The notes: generated by a model not told the origin, from the sequence alone. DNA of 64,000 nt from Centroscyllium fabricii (GCA_051313645.2 JBNRSN020000023.1:4154001-4218000); one strand, 5' to 3'; positions 38,546 through 61,186 are shown, counted from the first letter of the stretch. Made by a program: numbers and translations.

Positions 38546-38955
38546 GGGCGGCACGGTGGCACAGTGGTTAGCATTGTTGTCTCACAGCACTGGAGACCCG
38601 GGTTCAAATCCAGCCTCGGGTGACTATCTGTGTGGAGTTTGCACATTCTCCCCGTGTCTGCGTGGGTTTCCTCCGGGTGCTCCGGTTTCCTCCCACAGTC
38701 TAAAGATGTGCGAGTTAGGTTGATTGGCCAGGATAAATTGACCCTTAGTGTTAGGGGGTTTGAATATGTGGGGTTACGGGGATAGGGTGGGATATGTGTT
38801 GATGGAGGCTCGATAGGGATCGAGGGATATGGGGACAAGGCAGGGACAGGGTGCTGGGTTTGGATGATCAGCCATGATCTCATTGAATGGCGGCGCAGGC
38901 TCGAAGGGCCGAATGGACTACTCCTGCTCCTAGTTTCTATGTTTCTGTGTTCTGT
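38546..38955 (+). mobile_element. HE1-like SINE
   Basis: gggcggcacggtggcacagtggttagc head, V-SINE core, HER1-type tail. Confidence 0.88.
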
Positions 38956-40896
38956 GTATCGCAAACCTGCTCCTAAGTCCAGTGTCTAGAACTTGGTAAG
39001 GGGCGTGGGAGAGCTTCGAAACTGCTCACGGGAGCCAGAGGCAAAGCTGACCCCAGCATCACCCGCACACCCCGTACATTCTGCCTCCATCGGACGGCAA
39101 GATTGAACACCAGGGCATGTCCGGCAATGGAGTGGAGTGTGTGCAGGAGCAGCCCCGACAGGAAACCCCACCACGCAGAGCGGAACGGCATGGAGGAGAT
39201 TTCGGAGAGACGGCTGATAGCGTCTCTGTTCTCAGAATCAGAGCTTCAAAAAATATCTCAAAGGGTTCGATGAGTTTGAAATGGAATTCCACCCCATAGA
39301 TGGTGTCGAGCACAACCGGCTCAACGTTAACCCGTCTCAGGAGAATTGATGGGCATCTCGGTGTGTCCAGAACGAGTCTGTGATAACAAGGTTCACAATG
39401 TTGACCACAATAGATTGAAAGAGACTGACCTGCACCAGACAGTCTGCAGTGAATCTGCAAACCAGCCCACAACGAGTTGGGGAAATGGAAAGTGGATCAG
39501 TGGGGAGCTTCAGACAGAATCTGTTGCTCCGTCACTGTAAAGTGCGATGTGGAGTTTTATCCCCATGAAATTTAAGAGCTGTAAAGTCCTGTGTTTAGTT
39601 TGCACTGGTTCCTCATCTCCTGTTGTGAGGAACGGTTTTAGACCTGAAAGGTCAAGAGTCTCGTGTTTTCTCGACCGATGCTGCCTGACCTGCTGAGTGT
39701 CTCCAGCATTTTCTGTTTCTGTTTGAGATTTCCAGTATCTGCAGTATTTCAGTTTGTGTTCCTATCCTGTTGTAACTCTGGTCCAACTACCAGGCATTTA
39801 ACAGAAGGACCACAAAACCTCCAGAACAGAGAAGAGTGAATTACATAAAATGTACAGAAATAGGATGTTTGGCCCAACCAGTTTGTGTTGGAGTTTATCT
39901 TCCACATCAACAATAGTCCTAATTCCACGTGCCTGCCCTGTTGCTATTCCATGGTATCTAATCTTGTTCAGGCAGGCATCCCCCATCCCCTGCCAGTCAA
40001 GCCAATATTTTATTTGTAGTCAGTCTAACCGTGTACAGCAACTCACCCTGTCTGTTAGCTCAGCCCTTGAGAGAATATTTAATGAGCTCTTGTACCTCAG
40101 TATTTTCAACTGGAGTTAATTCATGTCCATTAGGTGAACTATTTTTGAAGGACATTAATGGATGTTTAATTTGTGGAATCTTCAGGAAAACTGCTACCAC
40201 AATATTTGTGGGTTAAGGGCAGTGTTTCTGAACGAGTTGTGGGAATTAGAAAAACACCAACTGAAGTGTTGAAGATAATGGAAAGCAACTGTAGAATCCT
40301 ATAATTCCAGGTTAGGGAAGGTTTTCTTTTCATAACATTTGCCAGCTATGTTAGTTGTGGTGCTTTTAAAACAAAGGAGTTGGGTGGTTGAATTAATACC
40401 TTCAGTATTGACTCTCTTCAGTCAGGGGAGTGACGAATTTGCTGGTCCTCCTGCCTGACCCTCGTATCTCAGGCCAGGGAAGGTGCAGGAAGGACTCAGT
40501 CTTTGAATTAGACTGATGGAACTATTACCAAGGTTAGTTTCAGAAAAGCCTCAAGGTGATGATTTGAAGATGTGGTCACAGCATCCTGGGCAGGCATAGA
40601 ATCATGTTTCGGAAGCTGAACTGGGAGGGACCTCTATATGGTTAAGCATATAAGTAGTTTTAGCTTAATCATACATTACACAGCTGTGTATTGTGCAGGG
40701 AGTGACCTCAGTAATCAGATCAGCTACTTAATTATACAACAAAGACAAACCAGTTCAATGATGAATAACTTTTATTCCCATGTACTGTGACAGTTAGATG
40801 AGAAAACTGGGAAACAACCACAACCAAAGCATTCACCATTAGAAGTTGGTCACTTCATCTCCACCATGTATAGAACTAATGGTTCAAGAATCCCCA

Positions 40897-43798
<2,902 letters not shown>

Positions 43799-44074
43799 CT
43801 TAACTCTTCCGCTTGATCAGCTCTAAGCTCAAACTCCACTGTAACAACAACCTAACCTCTGCCCTCACAAGCCCCTGTATTTATACTAGTGGGACAGCCT
43901 GCATTTCAACAGGGTCTGGTATGACCAATGATGATTGACAATCCCCGCTAACCAGTCAGGAATCTTCATGAATCCAGGCACCAATTAACAAAGGAAAGGG
44001 GGTGGGGTTTGAGATCCCCAGAGCCAATCAGAGCTTTGGAATATAGAGGTTTGGATGATTATTCTCTGATGTCA
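43799..44074 (-). promoter_or_regulatory. Ferritin g6 promoter and 5'UTR
   Basis: TATAAAT 43885-43879; TGACATCA 44074-44067. Confidence 0.8.
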
Positions 44075-44090
44075 TTGCGGTTGGACACTT

Positions 44091-44910
44091 TGGCCAAAAT
44101 TTTCATGTCCCCATCAGACGGGGTTTTGGGCGGGTCGGACAGCAAAATAGCGGAACTGGTGGGTTGCGACCCCACCAGCCCCCACCGGATCACCGCCGCT
44201 TTTCCATTTTCCACCGCCCTGTCTCCCCAACCCGAATTTTTCCCGCCGCCGGCCAGCGGAGATGGTTGCTAAGCTCATTAAGGGCCCTTAATTGGCATCT
44301 GTAATGCCATTTTAAGGGCCCTTAACAATTTTCAACCCCTTCCCACCCAAACCCCGCCATCCTAAAACCCCGCTGGTGAAACCCAGTGGGAGCACTGTGG
44401 TCTTGCTAATATTTTTCTTCAATGTGTTGAAAGACCCAGAGCAAAATGCTTCCCAGGCCTTCAACACCCTGGAGATGTAAATCACTCACTTGGGTGAAGA
44501 CCAGCTGTGGGGAAAAATTTAGAAATCTTAACTTGCTAGCTCCATTAACAGCTCCTTTGACAGCTGGTCCCAAGCTGTCAAAGATTTGCAGCCCGCCCGC
44601 CCACCTGCCACGCAGAGCACTTGGTCTTTCACATTGGTTGTACTCCACTGTGATGTCACAGTGGAGGGTTTCCATGGGAACTGTAAACACACAGTTCCCG
44701 CAGCTGTCTGACAACCTCCAAGAATCCCACTTGAGCGCCGTAATTGCTGACTGGACTGAGGCAATTACCAGGGGCACCCCGCACGCGGTGATTTAATTAA
44801 GCAATTCAAGGAAAATAGCGTCGGCTTCCCAGGCCCTTGGGCGGGCAGGACAGGAACCCGCCCTGACAATTCCCCGCCAGGTTCCTACACCTCCAGGAAC
44901 ATCCCCCCCC
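44091..44910. mobile_element. Unclassified ~820-bp insertion (probable non-autonomous DNA transposon)
   Basis: Interrupts the conserved promoter-upstream sequence, which resumes at 44911 (inverted match to ~8-115); GC-rich ends starting ggccaaaatttt. Confidence 0.5.
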
Positions 44911-45004
44911 TTTAACTTTGCTCAAATCGATCTGAAAGTGGCTACTCGTTTGGCTAATCAATCAGGAAGATTAAATCATCAATCGGGACCACCTAAGCCC
45001 TTAA

Positions 45005-45150
45005 ACAATAAGTGCCCCCTCAATCCACCATGCTCAGCCTGGACCTGTGGGTGGCCACCTTGGCCAGGCCCAGGAGCAGACCCACAAGGAGGTCCTCCGA
45101 CCGGCCCACCTCCATCCACCCCGGGTGGCCAAAGACCAGGAGCGTGGCAC
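45005..45150 (-). mobile_element. Tx1-like ORF2 3' relic
   Basis: LLVFGHPG..EDLLVGLLLGLAKVA matches 15300-15400. Confidence 0.65.
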
Positions 45151-45151
45151 T

Positions 45152-46100
45152 GAACATAGAACATAGAACATAGAACATACAGCACTGTACAGGCCCTTGG
45201 GCCCTCAATGTAGTGCCGCCCTTAGTCCATCTCTGATTTTTCCCTTCCCCCCTACTGTTCCTTCCCCTCCATGTACCTGTCTATCATCCTTTTAAAAGCA
45301 CCCAGACTGTCCGCATCCACTATTTCAGATGGTAGCCTATTCCATTCCCCTACCACTCTCTGTGTAAAGAACCTGCCCCTGCCATCCCTTCTGAATCTTC
45401 CTCCTTGAATCTTGTGCTCGTGTCCTCTTGTTGACGTTCTTCCCGCCCGGGGAAACAGTCTTTGCACGTTTACTCTATCGATCCCCTTCATCATTTTAAA
45501 CATCTCTATCAAGTCCCCTCTCTTCCTTCTCCGTTCCAGGGAGAAGAGTCCCAGCTCCCTCAACCTCTCCTCGTATGACCTTCCTCCCATTCCCGGCAGC
45601 ATCCTGGTGAATCTCCTCTGCACCCTCTCCAGCGCCTCCACATCTCTCCTGTAGTACGGTGCCGAGAACTGCACACAGTACTCCAAGTGTGGTCTCACCA
45701 GTGACCTGTACAGCTGTAGCATGACCTCCCGGTTCCTAAACTCTATTCCCCTGTTGATGAAGGCCAATACCCCATAGGCCTTTTTCACTGCTTTGTCCAC
45801 CTGGGTGGCAGCCTTCAGTGATCTGTGTACATATACTCCCAGATCCCTTTGCTCCTCTGCTTCACTCAGGATTCTGCCATTGACCCTATATTCCCTCTTC
45901 CTATTTGCCCTGCCGAAGTGCATCACCTCGCATTTCCCCGTGTTGAACTCCATCTGCCATTCTTCAGCCCAGCTCTGCATCCTGTCTATATCCCTCTGAA
46001 TCTTTCTACCTCCTTCCTCCTCATCCACTTCTCCCCCTATCTTTGTGTCGTCCGCAAACTTGCTGACCCACCCCTCAGTCCCCTCCTCCAATTCATTGAT
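45152..46100 (-). mobile_element. Young 5'-truncated CR1-type LINE
   Basis: Uninterrupted 279-aa RT C-terminus (45252-46091: SKFADDTKIGG, VRPHLEYCVQF, RFFTQRVV); (tatgttc)n tail. Confidence 0.9.
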
Positions 46101-47319
46101 GATGAAGTGCAGCCAGAAGTAGAGGAGCCACCCTGACCTGCTGAGTGTCTCCAGCGTTTTCTGTTTCTGTTTGAGATTTCGAGTATCTGCAGTATTTCAG
46201 TTTGTGTTCCTATCCTGTTGTAACTCTGGTCCAACTACCAGGCATTTAATAGAAGGACCACAAAACCTCCAGAACTGAGAAGAGTGAATTACATAAAATG
46301 TACAGAAATAGGATGTTTGACCCAACCAGTTAGTGTTGGAGTTTATCTTCCACATCAACAATAGTCCTAATTTCATGTGCCTGCCCTGTTGCTATTCCAT
46401 GGTACCTAATCTTGTTCAGGCCGGTATCCCCCATCCCCTTCCAGTCAAGCTAATATTTTATTTGTAGTCAGTCTAACCCTGTACAGGAGCTCACCATGTC
46501 TGCTCGCTCAGCCCTTGATCAGCTCGTGCGCCTCAGTAATTTGAAAGAGCTAATTAATGCCCTTTAGGTGAACTATGAGTATTAATAGATGTTTAAGCTG
46601 TGGCATCTCCAAGAAATCTCAAACTGCACACACTATTTGTGGGTTAAGGTCAGTGTTTCTGAACAAGTTGTGGCAATTAGGAATATACCCAGTGAAGTGT
46701 TGATGATGTAAAGTAGCTGTTGGATTATAATGAACTGCTGGACCCCATTAACAGTTAGTGATGCTGCAATAGAAAGGAAGGGAGGTTAAGTTGTGAGAGA
46801 TGTTGAGGATTTTGCTTTTATATAATTGACATCAGTACAGATTCTTCACCAAACCCAAAAACACCAAGTCAGGCATATGAGAGTCTGGTCTTTGAGGGGG
46901 AAACAGAGGAATGTTAAGTAAAAGACAGCCAGCCCATGTCACAAATCTTTTACAATGCAGTGAGTGACTTGTGCGATCAGTCGACTGCAAAGACAGCGAC
47001 TCCATCCTTCCCCCTCATCAGGGTCAAGTAGATTCTTCCTTCCCCTGACTAAAGTGAGAATACAGAAGGCACAAATTCAGTCCCCCCACCCTCCATTGTT
47101 TGAAAGCTCCATCACACTTTGCTGTCAGAAGTGGGGGGAAAAACAACCTTTTCAGCAGGAATAGCTACAGAGATTACACTTTCAGAAGTTGTACATTTGA
47201 GAAAACCATGAAGCCTCAAGTGATGATTTGAAGATATGGGCATATCTATCCTGGGCAGCAACTTCAAGTTGAGGAAGCTGGACTGGGAGAGATAGAATGT
47301 GTGTTTTGGCATGAGAGAA

Positions 47320-48320
47320 TAGAAACATAGAAGATAGGAGCAGGTGTAGGCCATTCGAGCCTGCTCCGCCATTCAATGAGATCATGGCTGATCTTTCAAG
47401 TTCAGTACCCTGTCCCCGCCTTCTCTCCGTAACCCTTAATCCCTTTAGCCTGAAGAAATGTATCCAATTCTCTCTTAAATATATTTAATGAACTGGCCTC
47501 CACTGCCCTCTGTGGCAAGGAATTCCACAGGCTCACCACTCTCTGGGTGAAGAAATTCTTCCTCATATCTGTCCTAAATGGTTTACCCCTTATCCTTAGA
47601 CTGTGGCCGCTGGTTCTGGACTCCCTCGCCATTGGAAATATTCTTTGAATTTAACCTGTCCAGGCCTGTCAGAATTTTATATGTGTGGTAACCATTATAT
47701 GTACTCTTATTACCACCTTAATATTGTTGCCAATATTACACTATGTATAGCGGCCGGGTGCATGATATAACTGTCGCAGGGTCAGGTCAGCCACACCTCT
47801 AACTCCTCCCCTCATTAGGTGGGGTCTGACCTGCCCCCATTCATTCTGTACCTGATGTTCGATCGGAGCGTAGCTCCTTTGTAAGCTAATAAAAGCCTTT
47901 AGTTAAGGTAACTACGCGTCTTTAGTTCTATTAGACTATTGACGGTACGTCAATATGTTTCGGTGAGATCCCCTCACAATCTTCTAAACTCCAGCGAGTA
48001 CAAGCCCAAACTACACAATCTCTCCCCGTAGGTCATTCCTGTCATTCTAGGTATCATCCTGGTGAATTGCTGCTGCACTCCTTCCATGGCAAGAACATCC
48101 TTCCTCAGATGAGGTGACCAAAACTGTACACAATACTCAAGGTGTGGTCTCACTAGTGCCTTTTACAGCTGTAGTAAGGTATCCTTATTCCTATACTCGA
48201 ACCCTCTTGATATGACCAACATACCATTTGCCTTCTCAAACGCCTGTTGCACCTGCATGCTCGCCTTCAGTGACTGGTGCACAAGAACACCCAGGTCTCT
48301 CTGCACTTCCCCATGTTTTA
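47320..48320 (-). mobile_element. CR1/HER1-type LINE 3' fragment
   Basis: TSGHSLRIRGKPFRTDMRKNFFTQRVVSLWNSLP; HER1-type tail. Confidence 0.85.
47684..47952 (+). mobile_element. Solo LTR nested in CR1
   Basis: TGTGGTAA..CA; 5-bp TSD ATATG (47679-47683 / 47953-47957); internal AATAAA. Confidence 0.85.
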
Positions 48321-48540
48321 ATGTGATGTCACATGGTTCAGTGCCTTGGCAATCTGAATATCAGATCAGCTACTTAATTATACAACAGACAAACCAGTTC
48401 AATGATGAATAACTTTTATTCCCATGTAATGTGACAGTTAGATGAGAAAACTGAGAAACAACCACAAGCAAAGCATTCACCATTAGAAGTTGGTCACTTC
48501 ATTTCCACCATGTATAGAACTAATGGTTCAAGAATCCCCA

Positions 48541-51495
<2,955 letters not shown>

Positions 51496-51771
51496 CTTAA
51501 CTCTTCCTGTTGATCAGCACTAAGCTCAAACTCCACTGTAACAACAACCTAACCTCTGCCCTCACAAGCTCCTGTATTTATACTGGTGGGACAGCCTGCA
51601 TTTCAACAGGGTCTGGTATGACCAATGATGATTGACAATCCCCGATAACCAGTCAGGATCTTCCATGAATCCAGGCACCAATCAACAAAGGAGAGGGGGA
51701 GGGGTTTGAGAAACCCAGAGCCAATCAGAGCTTTGGAATACAGAGGTTTGGATGATTATTCTGTGATGTCA
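51496..51771 (-). promoter_or_regulatory. Ferritin g7 promoter and 5'UTR
   Basis: TATAAAT 51582-51576; TGACATCA 51771-51764. Confidence 0.8.
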
Positions 51772-53478
51772 TTGCTGTTGCTTTCTTTGACTTTCCTCAG
51801 ACTGAATCTGAAAGTGTCTCTGTTCTCAGAATCAGAGCTTCACAACATATCTCAAAGAGTTTGATGAAATTCCACACTATAGATGGTGTCGATCACAACC
51901 GGCTCTAATTTAACCCATCTCTTGGAGAATTGATGGGCATCTCGGTGGGTCCACAACGGGTCCGTGATACCAAGGTTCACAATGTTGACCACAATAGATT
52001 GAAAGAGACTGACCTGCACCAGACAGTCCGCAGTGAATCTGCAAACCAGCCCACGAGTTGGGGAAATGGAAAGTGGATCAGTGGGGAGCTTCAGACAGAA
52101 TCTGTTGCTCCATCACTGTAAAGTGTGATGTGGAGTTTTATCCCCATGAAATTTAAGAGCTGTAAAGTCCTGTGTTTAGTTTGCACTGTTTCCTCATCTC
52201 CTGCAAACCCCGGGTCTGTTGTGAGGAACGGTTTTAGACCTGAAAGGTCAAGAGTCTCGTGTTTTCTCGACCGACGCTGCCTGACCTGCTGAGTGTCTCC
52301 AGAGTTTTCTGTTTCTGTTTGAGATTTCCAGTATCTGCAGTATTTCGGTTTGTGTTCCTATCCTGTTGTAACTCTGGTCCAATTACCAGGCATTTAACAG
52401 AAGGACCACCAAACCTCCAGAACAGAGAAGAGTGAATTACATAAACCGTCCAACACAGAAATAGGATGTTTGGCCCAACTCTCTTCAGCAAATAGCAGTT
52501 GATGCTCGGTCAGTTGTTAATTTTAAATCTGAGATTGATAGATTTTTGTTAACCAAAGCTGTTAAGGGACGTGGGACAAAGGCGGGTACATGGAGTTAGG
52601 TCACAGATCAGCCATGATCTCATTGAATGGAAGGACAGGCTCGAGGGGCTGAATGGCCTCCTGTTCCGAACCAGCTCATGTTTATTCTCTACACAAGCAC
52701 TAGTCCTAATCCCACGAGGCTGCCCCGTTGCTATACCATGGCATCTAATCTTGTTTAGGTACATGATTGGAAAGAGGTTCAGTTGGAACTACGGTGGTGT
52801 TTGAACGTAGCTCCCACCAACAGTAAAACTGAAGATTGTCGCCCAAGTATGTCAGAACTACCATGTGTGTGTGCAGGACACATGGCCCATCAATCAGCTG
52901 TACCATTCCAGAATGTCCAACGAGCTCTCATTCCCCTTGTGGTGTGGAGAACCAATGTATTTTCCAATTTAGTTCCCACCAACAGTCCAAACAATATTTT
53001 ATTTGTAGGCAATCTTAGCCTTTATAGCAGCTCACCATCGCTGCCAGCTCAGTCCGTGAGGGATTATTTAACAGGCTCGGGTGTCTCAGTATTTTGACTG
53101 CACTCATTCCCTTTGGGTGAACTATTCTTTGAACATTAATCGATGTTTAATTTGGGGCATCATCAGGAACACTCCGAATCACCCCACACTTTGTGGGTTA
53201 AGGGCAGCCATTGAACAAATTGTGGCCGTCAACAATATACCAAGTGAATTAGTGAAAATAATCTAGTGTTACTATTTGATCAGAATTAACCAGTGGATCC
53301 CTACAACAGTGATACAGCAAGGGAGTCTGGGTTTTTGGGATGAAGGATCATTTATTTAAACAAATTTATATGTTTACTGATTTATCTCCACTTTACCCAA
53401 CACCCACAAACTCCAACTTGGACAAACTGCAGCTTGATGTAAAGTTCTATACACACTGGTGGTTCATTTAATCCCAGA

Positions 53479-53648
53479 AGTCACACAACACCAGATTTAT
53501 AGTCCAACGGTTTTATTACAAATCACAAGCTTTCGGAGCGTCGCTCCGAAAGCTTGTGATTTGTAATAAAACCGTTGGACTATAAATCTGGTGTTGTGTG
53601 ACTTCTTGCATTTGTCCACCCCAGTCCAACACCGGCACCTCCACATTA
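53479..53648. mobile_element. Penelope-like fold-back insertion
   Basis: Perfect 65-bp inverted repeat 53476-53540 / 53542-53606; 14-bp TSD catttaatcccaga; empty site at ~32240. Confidence 0.8.
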
Positions 53649-54436
53649 CATTTAATCCCAGACATCAAGGTTGACAGTTGGTTGGGATAGAAAGTAGAAA
53701 AGGAAGCAATGGTCCTGGGGTGGGGGGGGGGGGGGGAGGAGTGAGGGGAAAGAGAATGTTAAACAGAAGTTGTCCTGCCCAAGTTGAAGTTTCCAAGATG
53801 GCCAATGCTGTACTGTGTGCACGTCACAAAGTTTTGGCAATCCAGTGAATGACTTGTGGCATCATTCAAATGTAAAGACACCTCAATAGCAGGTCGTCCC
53901 ACCACCATTCCTGAGAGGTAAATGTTTGAAGTAGGACACCAGGCAGATACTCTCCATTTTCCTGCCTGAAGAATCAATAGTTAAAGCATCAACTCAACAC
54001 ATTAACTCAAACCCCTCCACCCTTCCCCATTTCTTTGTTTTAAACCTCCACAGATTAATGACATTTTGCTGGCAGATGTTATAAAAATACCCAGCAGGGA
54101 TGGTTACCGAGAGTTCAGAAAACCATTAGAAGCATCTCCAGTGATGGTTTTGAAGATGTGGGCACAGCCATCTTGGACACAGGGAGAGACTACTGTAGTT
54201 TTAAACTTTGATCATATATTACACAACTGTGTATTGTGCAGTATAATCTCATTAAGCAGCTCAGCTACTTAATTATACAACAAAGACAAACCACTCAATG
54301 ATGAATAACTTTTATTTCCATGTACTGTGACAGTTAGATGAGAAAACTGGGAAATAACCACAACCAAAGCATTCACCATTAGAAGTTGGTCACTTCATTT
54401 CCACCATGTATAGAACTAATGGTTCAAGAATCCCCA

Positions 54437-57716
<3,280 letters not shown>

Positions 57717-57996
57717 CTTAACTCTTCCTGTTGCTCAGCACTAAATTCAAACTCCACTGTAACAACAACAACCTAACCTCTGTCCTCACAAGCTCCTGTA
57801 TTTATACTAGTGGGACAGCCTGCATTTCAACAGGGTCTGGTATCATCAATGATGATTGACAATCCCTGGGAGCCAGTCAGGATCTTCCATGAATCCAGGC
57901 ACCAATTAACAAAGGAGAGGGGGGTGGGGTTTGAGATACCCAGAGCCAATCAGAGCTTTGGAATACAGAGGTTTGGATGATGATTTTATGATGTCA
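57717..57996 (-). promoter_or_regulatory. Ferritin g8 promoter and 5'UTR
   Basis: TATAAAT 57806-57800; TGACATCA 57996-57989. Confidence 0.8.
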
Positions 57997-59012
57997 TTGC
58001 TGTTGGATTCTTTAACTTTGCTCAAATTGATCGGAAAGTGTCTCTTCTCTTGTGGTTAATACTTTGCCAAGAGCTGGGCAGCTGAGCAGCTGAGCGGAGG
58101 TTGTGTCTTTTTGCAGTGGAGAAGGGAGAGGAGAAGTCTGTGTTTTGCTGCAGCAGTGAGCCTTTGGAGTGCCAGAGGAGAGACCAGAAGGAACAACAGG
58201 GAAGCTATTCCAGCACTGCTTTCCCCAACTGGACTCCACTACAGGAGGGAGAGAGAGAGAAGAGGAAAAGAACAACCTACATCTGTTCAGAAAGAGGGAG
58301 AGTCATTGGAAACATCGACAGGTTGGTGTAAAGGTGCACTCTCACAGAGACTTTGTGTTAAAGGTTTTGTGTTTAAGTGGGGAGAGGAAAGAAGAGGGTG
58401 ACAGAACATCTAGGGGGGTGTGTGAGTGTGTGTGGTTTGTGCAACAACTAGGCCACGCACACCACTAAAAGCACCCCTTCTATTGCCTGGCCTGGGACAG
58501 CTGGAGCTGCCTAGGTGAAGTCTCTTTGATTAATTAAACATCGTTAAGACCTGGTGAGAAGGACTGAGCCTGGGCTTCTCCAGCTGTTCCAGGTGAAGAC
58601 ATCTTCTCCCCCCACCAGAAGACCATCATCAACATCTACAGACTTTGTAAATTTCCATCGGAGGGTGCACCCCCCACCTGTCAACACCCACCCACCCATC
58701 CATCCTGAGTGGTGACCCAACTCTTGTGGTCTCCCTCCTTCCCACCACCCCTCTCTCTCTCTCTCTCTCTCTCTCTGCCTCTTTCCCTAGAGGCACCTCA
58801 ATCATATTATTTCTTTCATTTTCTCTATTTCCAATTGAGCAGAGGGGAGAAGGCCCCTCCCCCTTCTGTCATCAAGGGGAGGGGTGTGTCTTTATTTAAT
58901 CACTCCCCACCCCCCTCTGCTCAAGAGGAAAATCAAAACCTGAGGCCATTTTTCATCTTGAGGCCTGTGACTTGGGGTGAGCGTGGCTCCAAAAACCCCC
59001 CCACCTGGTAGC

Positions 59013-61160
59013 ATGGCGACACCATCTTCGCCGGTGGCGGGGACATCGGGAACGTATGCGGCCGTGGCATCCGCTGCCAAGACCACGGCTGCCCCTGATG
59101 CCCCGTCACCATTCCGGCTGCTGACAAGGAAGCTGGGGGTGAGGAGCTACGCTCACCCATCTATGACAATAGAGGCATGCGTCAAGGCCATGGCTGGGGT
59201 GGTCGGCCCCTCAGCCATCGTCGCGGCCTCTAAAATGTACGGGAAGGCTGTGTTCTTCCTCAAATCCGAGCGGGCGGCGGCCCTGGCCATTGAACAAGGG
59301 CTCACCGTGGGCGGCACCTTCCTGACGGTGGACCCTCTTGAGGCCGCCGGGCAGAGGGTGGTCCTATCGAACATCCCGCCCTATATTCCCGGTGAGCTCC
59401 TCCTCCCCCACCTACGCAAACTTGGGGAGGTGAGGTCAGGGATATCGCCCATCCCGCTCGGGTTCCGGGAGGCCAGCCTTCGCCACGTCTTCTCCTTCCG
59501 GCGTCAGCTGTTCATGCAGCTGGCGCGGGAGGAGGACACTGATGGCGCGTTCCTCGTGCTGCACCAGGGGACCGCCTACCGCGTCTTCTGGACGACGGAC
59601 GGCGTGCGGTGCCATTTCTGTAAGGAGGTGGGGCATATCAGAAAGAACTGCCCCGCCTCCAAGGCCGCCAATAATAGTGCGGCCAAAAAGGGCACCGGCG
59701 CCGCTCCTCCCCCAGAGTCAGACCGCGCGTCTCGGAAGTCGGGCGCGCGGGAGTTGTCGGAGGCCAATGTCATCACGGCCTCCGGCGGGGGGGAGCAAAC
59801 GTGTCCGCACACAAAGAGGGCGCGGAATAAATCAAAACAAAGGAGGGAGGGTCCCCTGGTTGGGGATGCCCAACTGTCAGACCTGCCAGATATAACACCC
59901 GAGTACCTCGAAAATGTGCAGGTTCAAGATGGGAGCAAGGAGGGCCCCGAGTCTGAGCCTGCGGCCGCCACTGCTATGGCAGAAAATTTAACACCTGCGG
60001 CAGGGCTCGGAAAAGAGGGGCCCGAAATAACTATTCAGCTGGGGGGAACGGAGGAGGGGGTGGCCTTAGGAGAGATGGAGGTCGCCCCCCCTCAGGGCCC
60101 CCTCAGCGGAAAAAGGAAGCACGACTTCGACTCCCAGGATCAGCAGGGGGGCCGTGATCATGAGGGCGGTCCCCCCGAGGGAGCGGAGTCGTCGTGCTCC
60201 GCGCCCCCTCCCAAAATCATTATATTCGCTAAAGACGGGCAGGAGTCGCCTGTCTTGCGGGAGAGTGGGGCGGAGGAGATTGTCCTGCCCGTGTCTCCCG
60301 GGGATGGGGATCTGGCCCTGCCCGTGGGAGGGGACGCGGATCAACCTCAAAAACATCTGGACCCTCAAGGGGAAAAAATTTGCCTCGGTGGGCCGAGCGT
60401 ACTGGAGGCGGAGGAGGGCGAGGTCGAAGGGATAGACCTCGCCCAAGACAGCACCGCGATGATCCAGTATATGCTCGGCTTCATGGAGGATTTTAACCAG
60501 GGTAACCTACAGGCTGGGTCAGTGGTTGGTGGCGGGGAAGGTGACGGCTCACTCACCCCTCCCTCGACATTGGCGTCGGACGCACTGGAGAGCTTGACAT
60601 TTGAATATGCCCCCGTCTCTCCGTGCTCTCCGGCGCCTGAGGAGGAGGGGAGCCCCGAACTGCTGCCTTCCTCTGGCCTGGCACCCCGGGTGGAGCCCAG
60701 GGAGGACTCCTCTGCCATCGATCCTGGGGGTGGGATCGAGACAGAGGCAGGGTCGGACGGTGCGGCCGGGCCGTCAGTCGCGTTCTGCGCGGCTGATGGA
60801 GTGGACGCCGGTGGTAACCTTCCGGAGGGGGACGGGGACTCGGAGCTGGACGAGGAGCTGGAGTCCATCGCCGATGAGGCGGCGGACGACCCCGAGCCCT
60901 CCGCTGAGTCTCCTCTCGTCCCCGTGGCGGAGCTCCGGAAATTTGTGGCCACGTACCCGGTTCGCAAAAAAATGGTCCATAAGGCCATCGAAAAGTGGCC
61001 GGAGCTGGCGCCGCTCATTTCGTCCGTCCGCGTCGCCATTAAAACCTTGGCCGCGGACAAGGGCGACAATGACATCGAGCTGCGCCAGCTCCAAAAGTTC
61101 CTCACTGGGCTGCAGAGGAAGGGGCGTGAGTCCACGGACTGCGCTCTTTCCTCTCGATAG
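59013..61160 (+). CDS. Tx1 ORF1 (gag-like nucleic-acid-binding protein), 715 aa from first ATG
   Basis: YAAVA motif, AASKMYGKAVFFL, RVVLSNIPPYI, zinc knuckle CHFCKEVGHIRKNC, long acidic low-complexity tail. Confidence 0.9.
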   Translation: MATPSSPVAGTSGTYAAVASAAKTTAAPDAPSPFRLLTRKLGVRSYAHPSMTIEACVKAMAGVVGPSAIVAASKMYGKAVFFLKSERAAALAIEQGLTVGGTFLTVDPLEAAGQRVVLSNIPPYIPGELLLPHLRKLGEVRSGISPIPLGFREASLRHVFSFRRQLFMQLAREEDTDGAFLVLHQGTAYRVFWTTDGVRCHFCKEVGHIRKNCPASKAANNSAAKKGTGAAPPPESDRASRKSGARELSEANVITASGGGEQTCPHTKRARNKSKQRREGPLVGDAQLSDLPDITPEYLENVQVQDGSKEGPESEPAAATAMAENLTPAAGLGKEGPEITIQLGGTEEGVALGEMEVAPPQGPLSGKRKHDFDSQDQQGGRDHEGGPPEGAESSCSAPPPKIIIFAKDGQESPVLRESGAEEIVLPVSPGDGDLALPVGGDADQPQKHLDPQGEKICLGGPSVLEAEEGEVEGIDLAQDSTAMIQYMLGFMEDFNQGNLQAGSVVGGGEGDGSLTPPSTLASDALESLTFEYAPVSPCSPAPEEEGSPELLPSSGLAPRVEPREDSSAIDPGGGIETEAGSDGAAGPSVAFCAADGVDAGGNLPEGDGDSELDEELESIADEAADDPEPSAESPLVPVAELRKFVATYPVRKKMVHKAIEKWPELAPLISSVRVAIKTLAADKGDNDIELRQLQKFLTGLQRKGRESTDCALSSR

Positions 61161-61186
61161 GAAAAAATTAGTATAGTGCTGCTGGC

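Noticed and set aside
38546-38620. tRNA-like sequences here and at 4530, 8700, 11040, 33720, 37380, 55110
   Set aside because: Heads of tRNA-derived SINEs continuing into the V-SINE core or tail; not tRNA genes.
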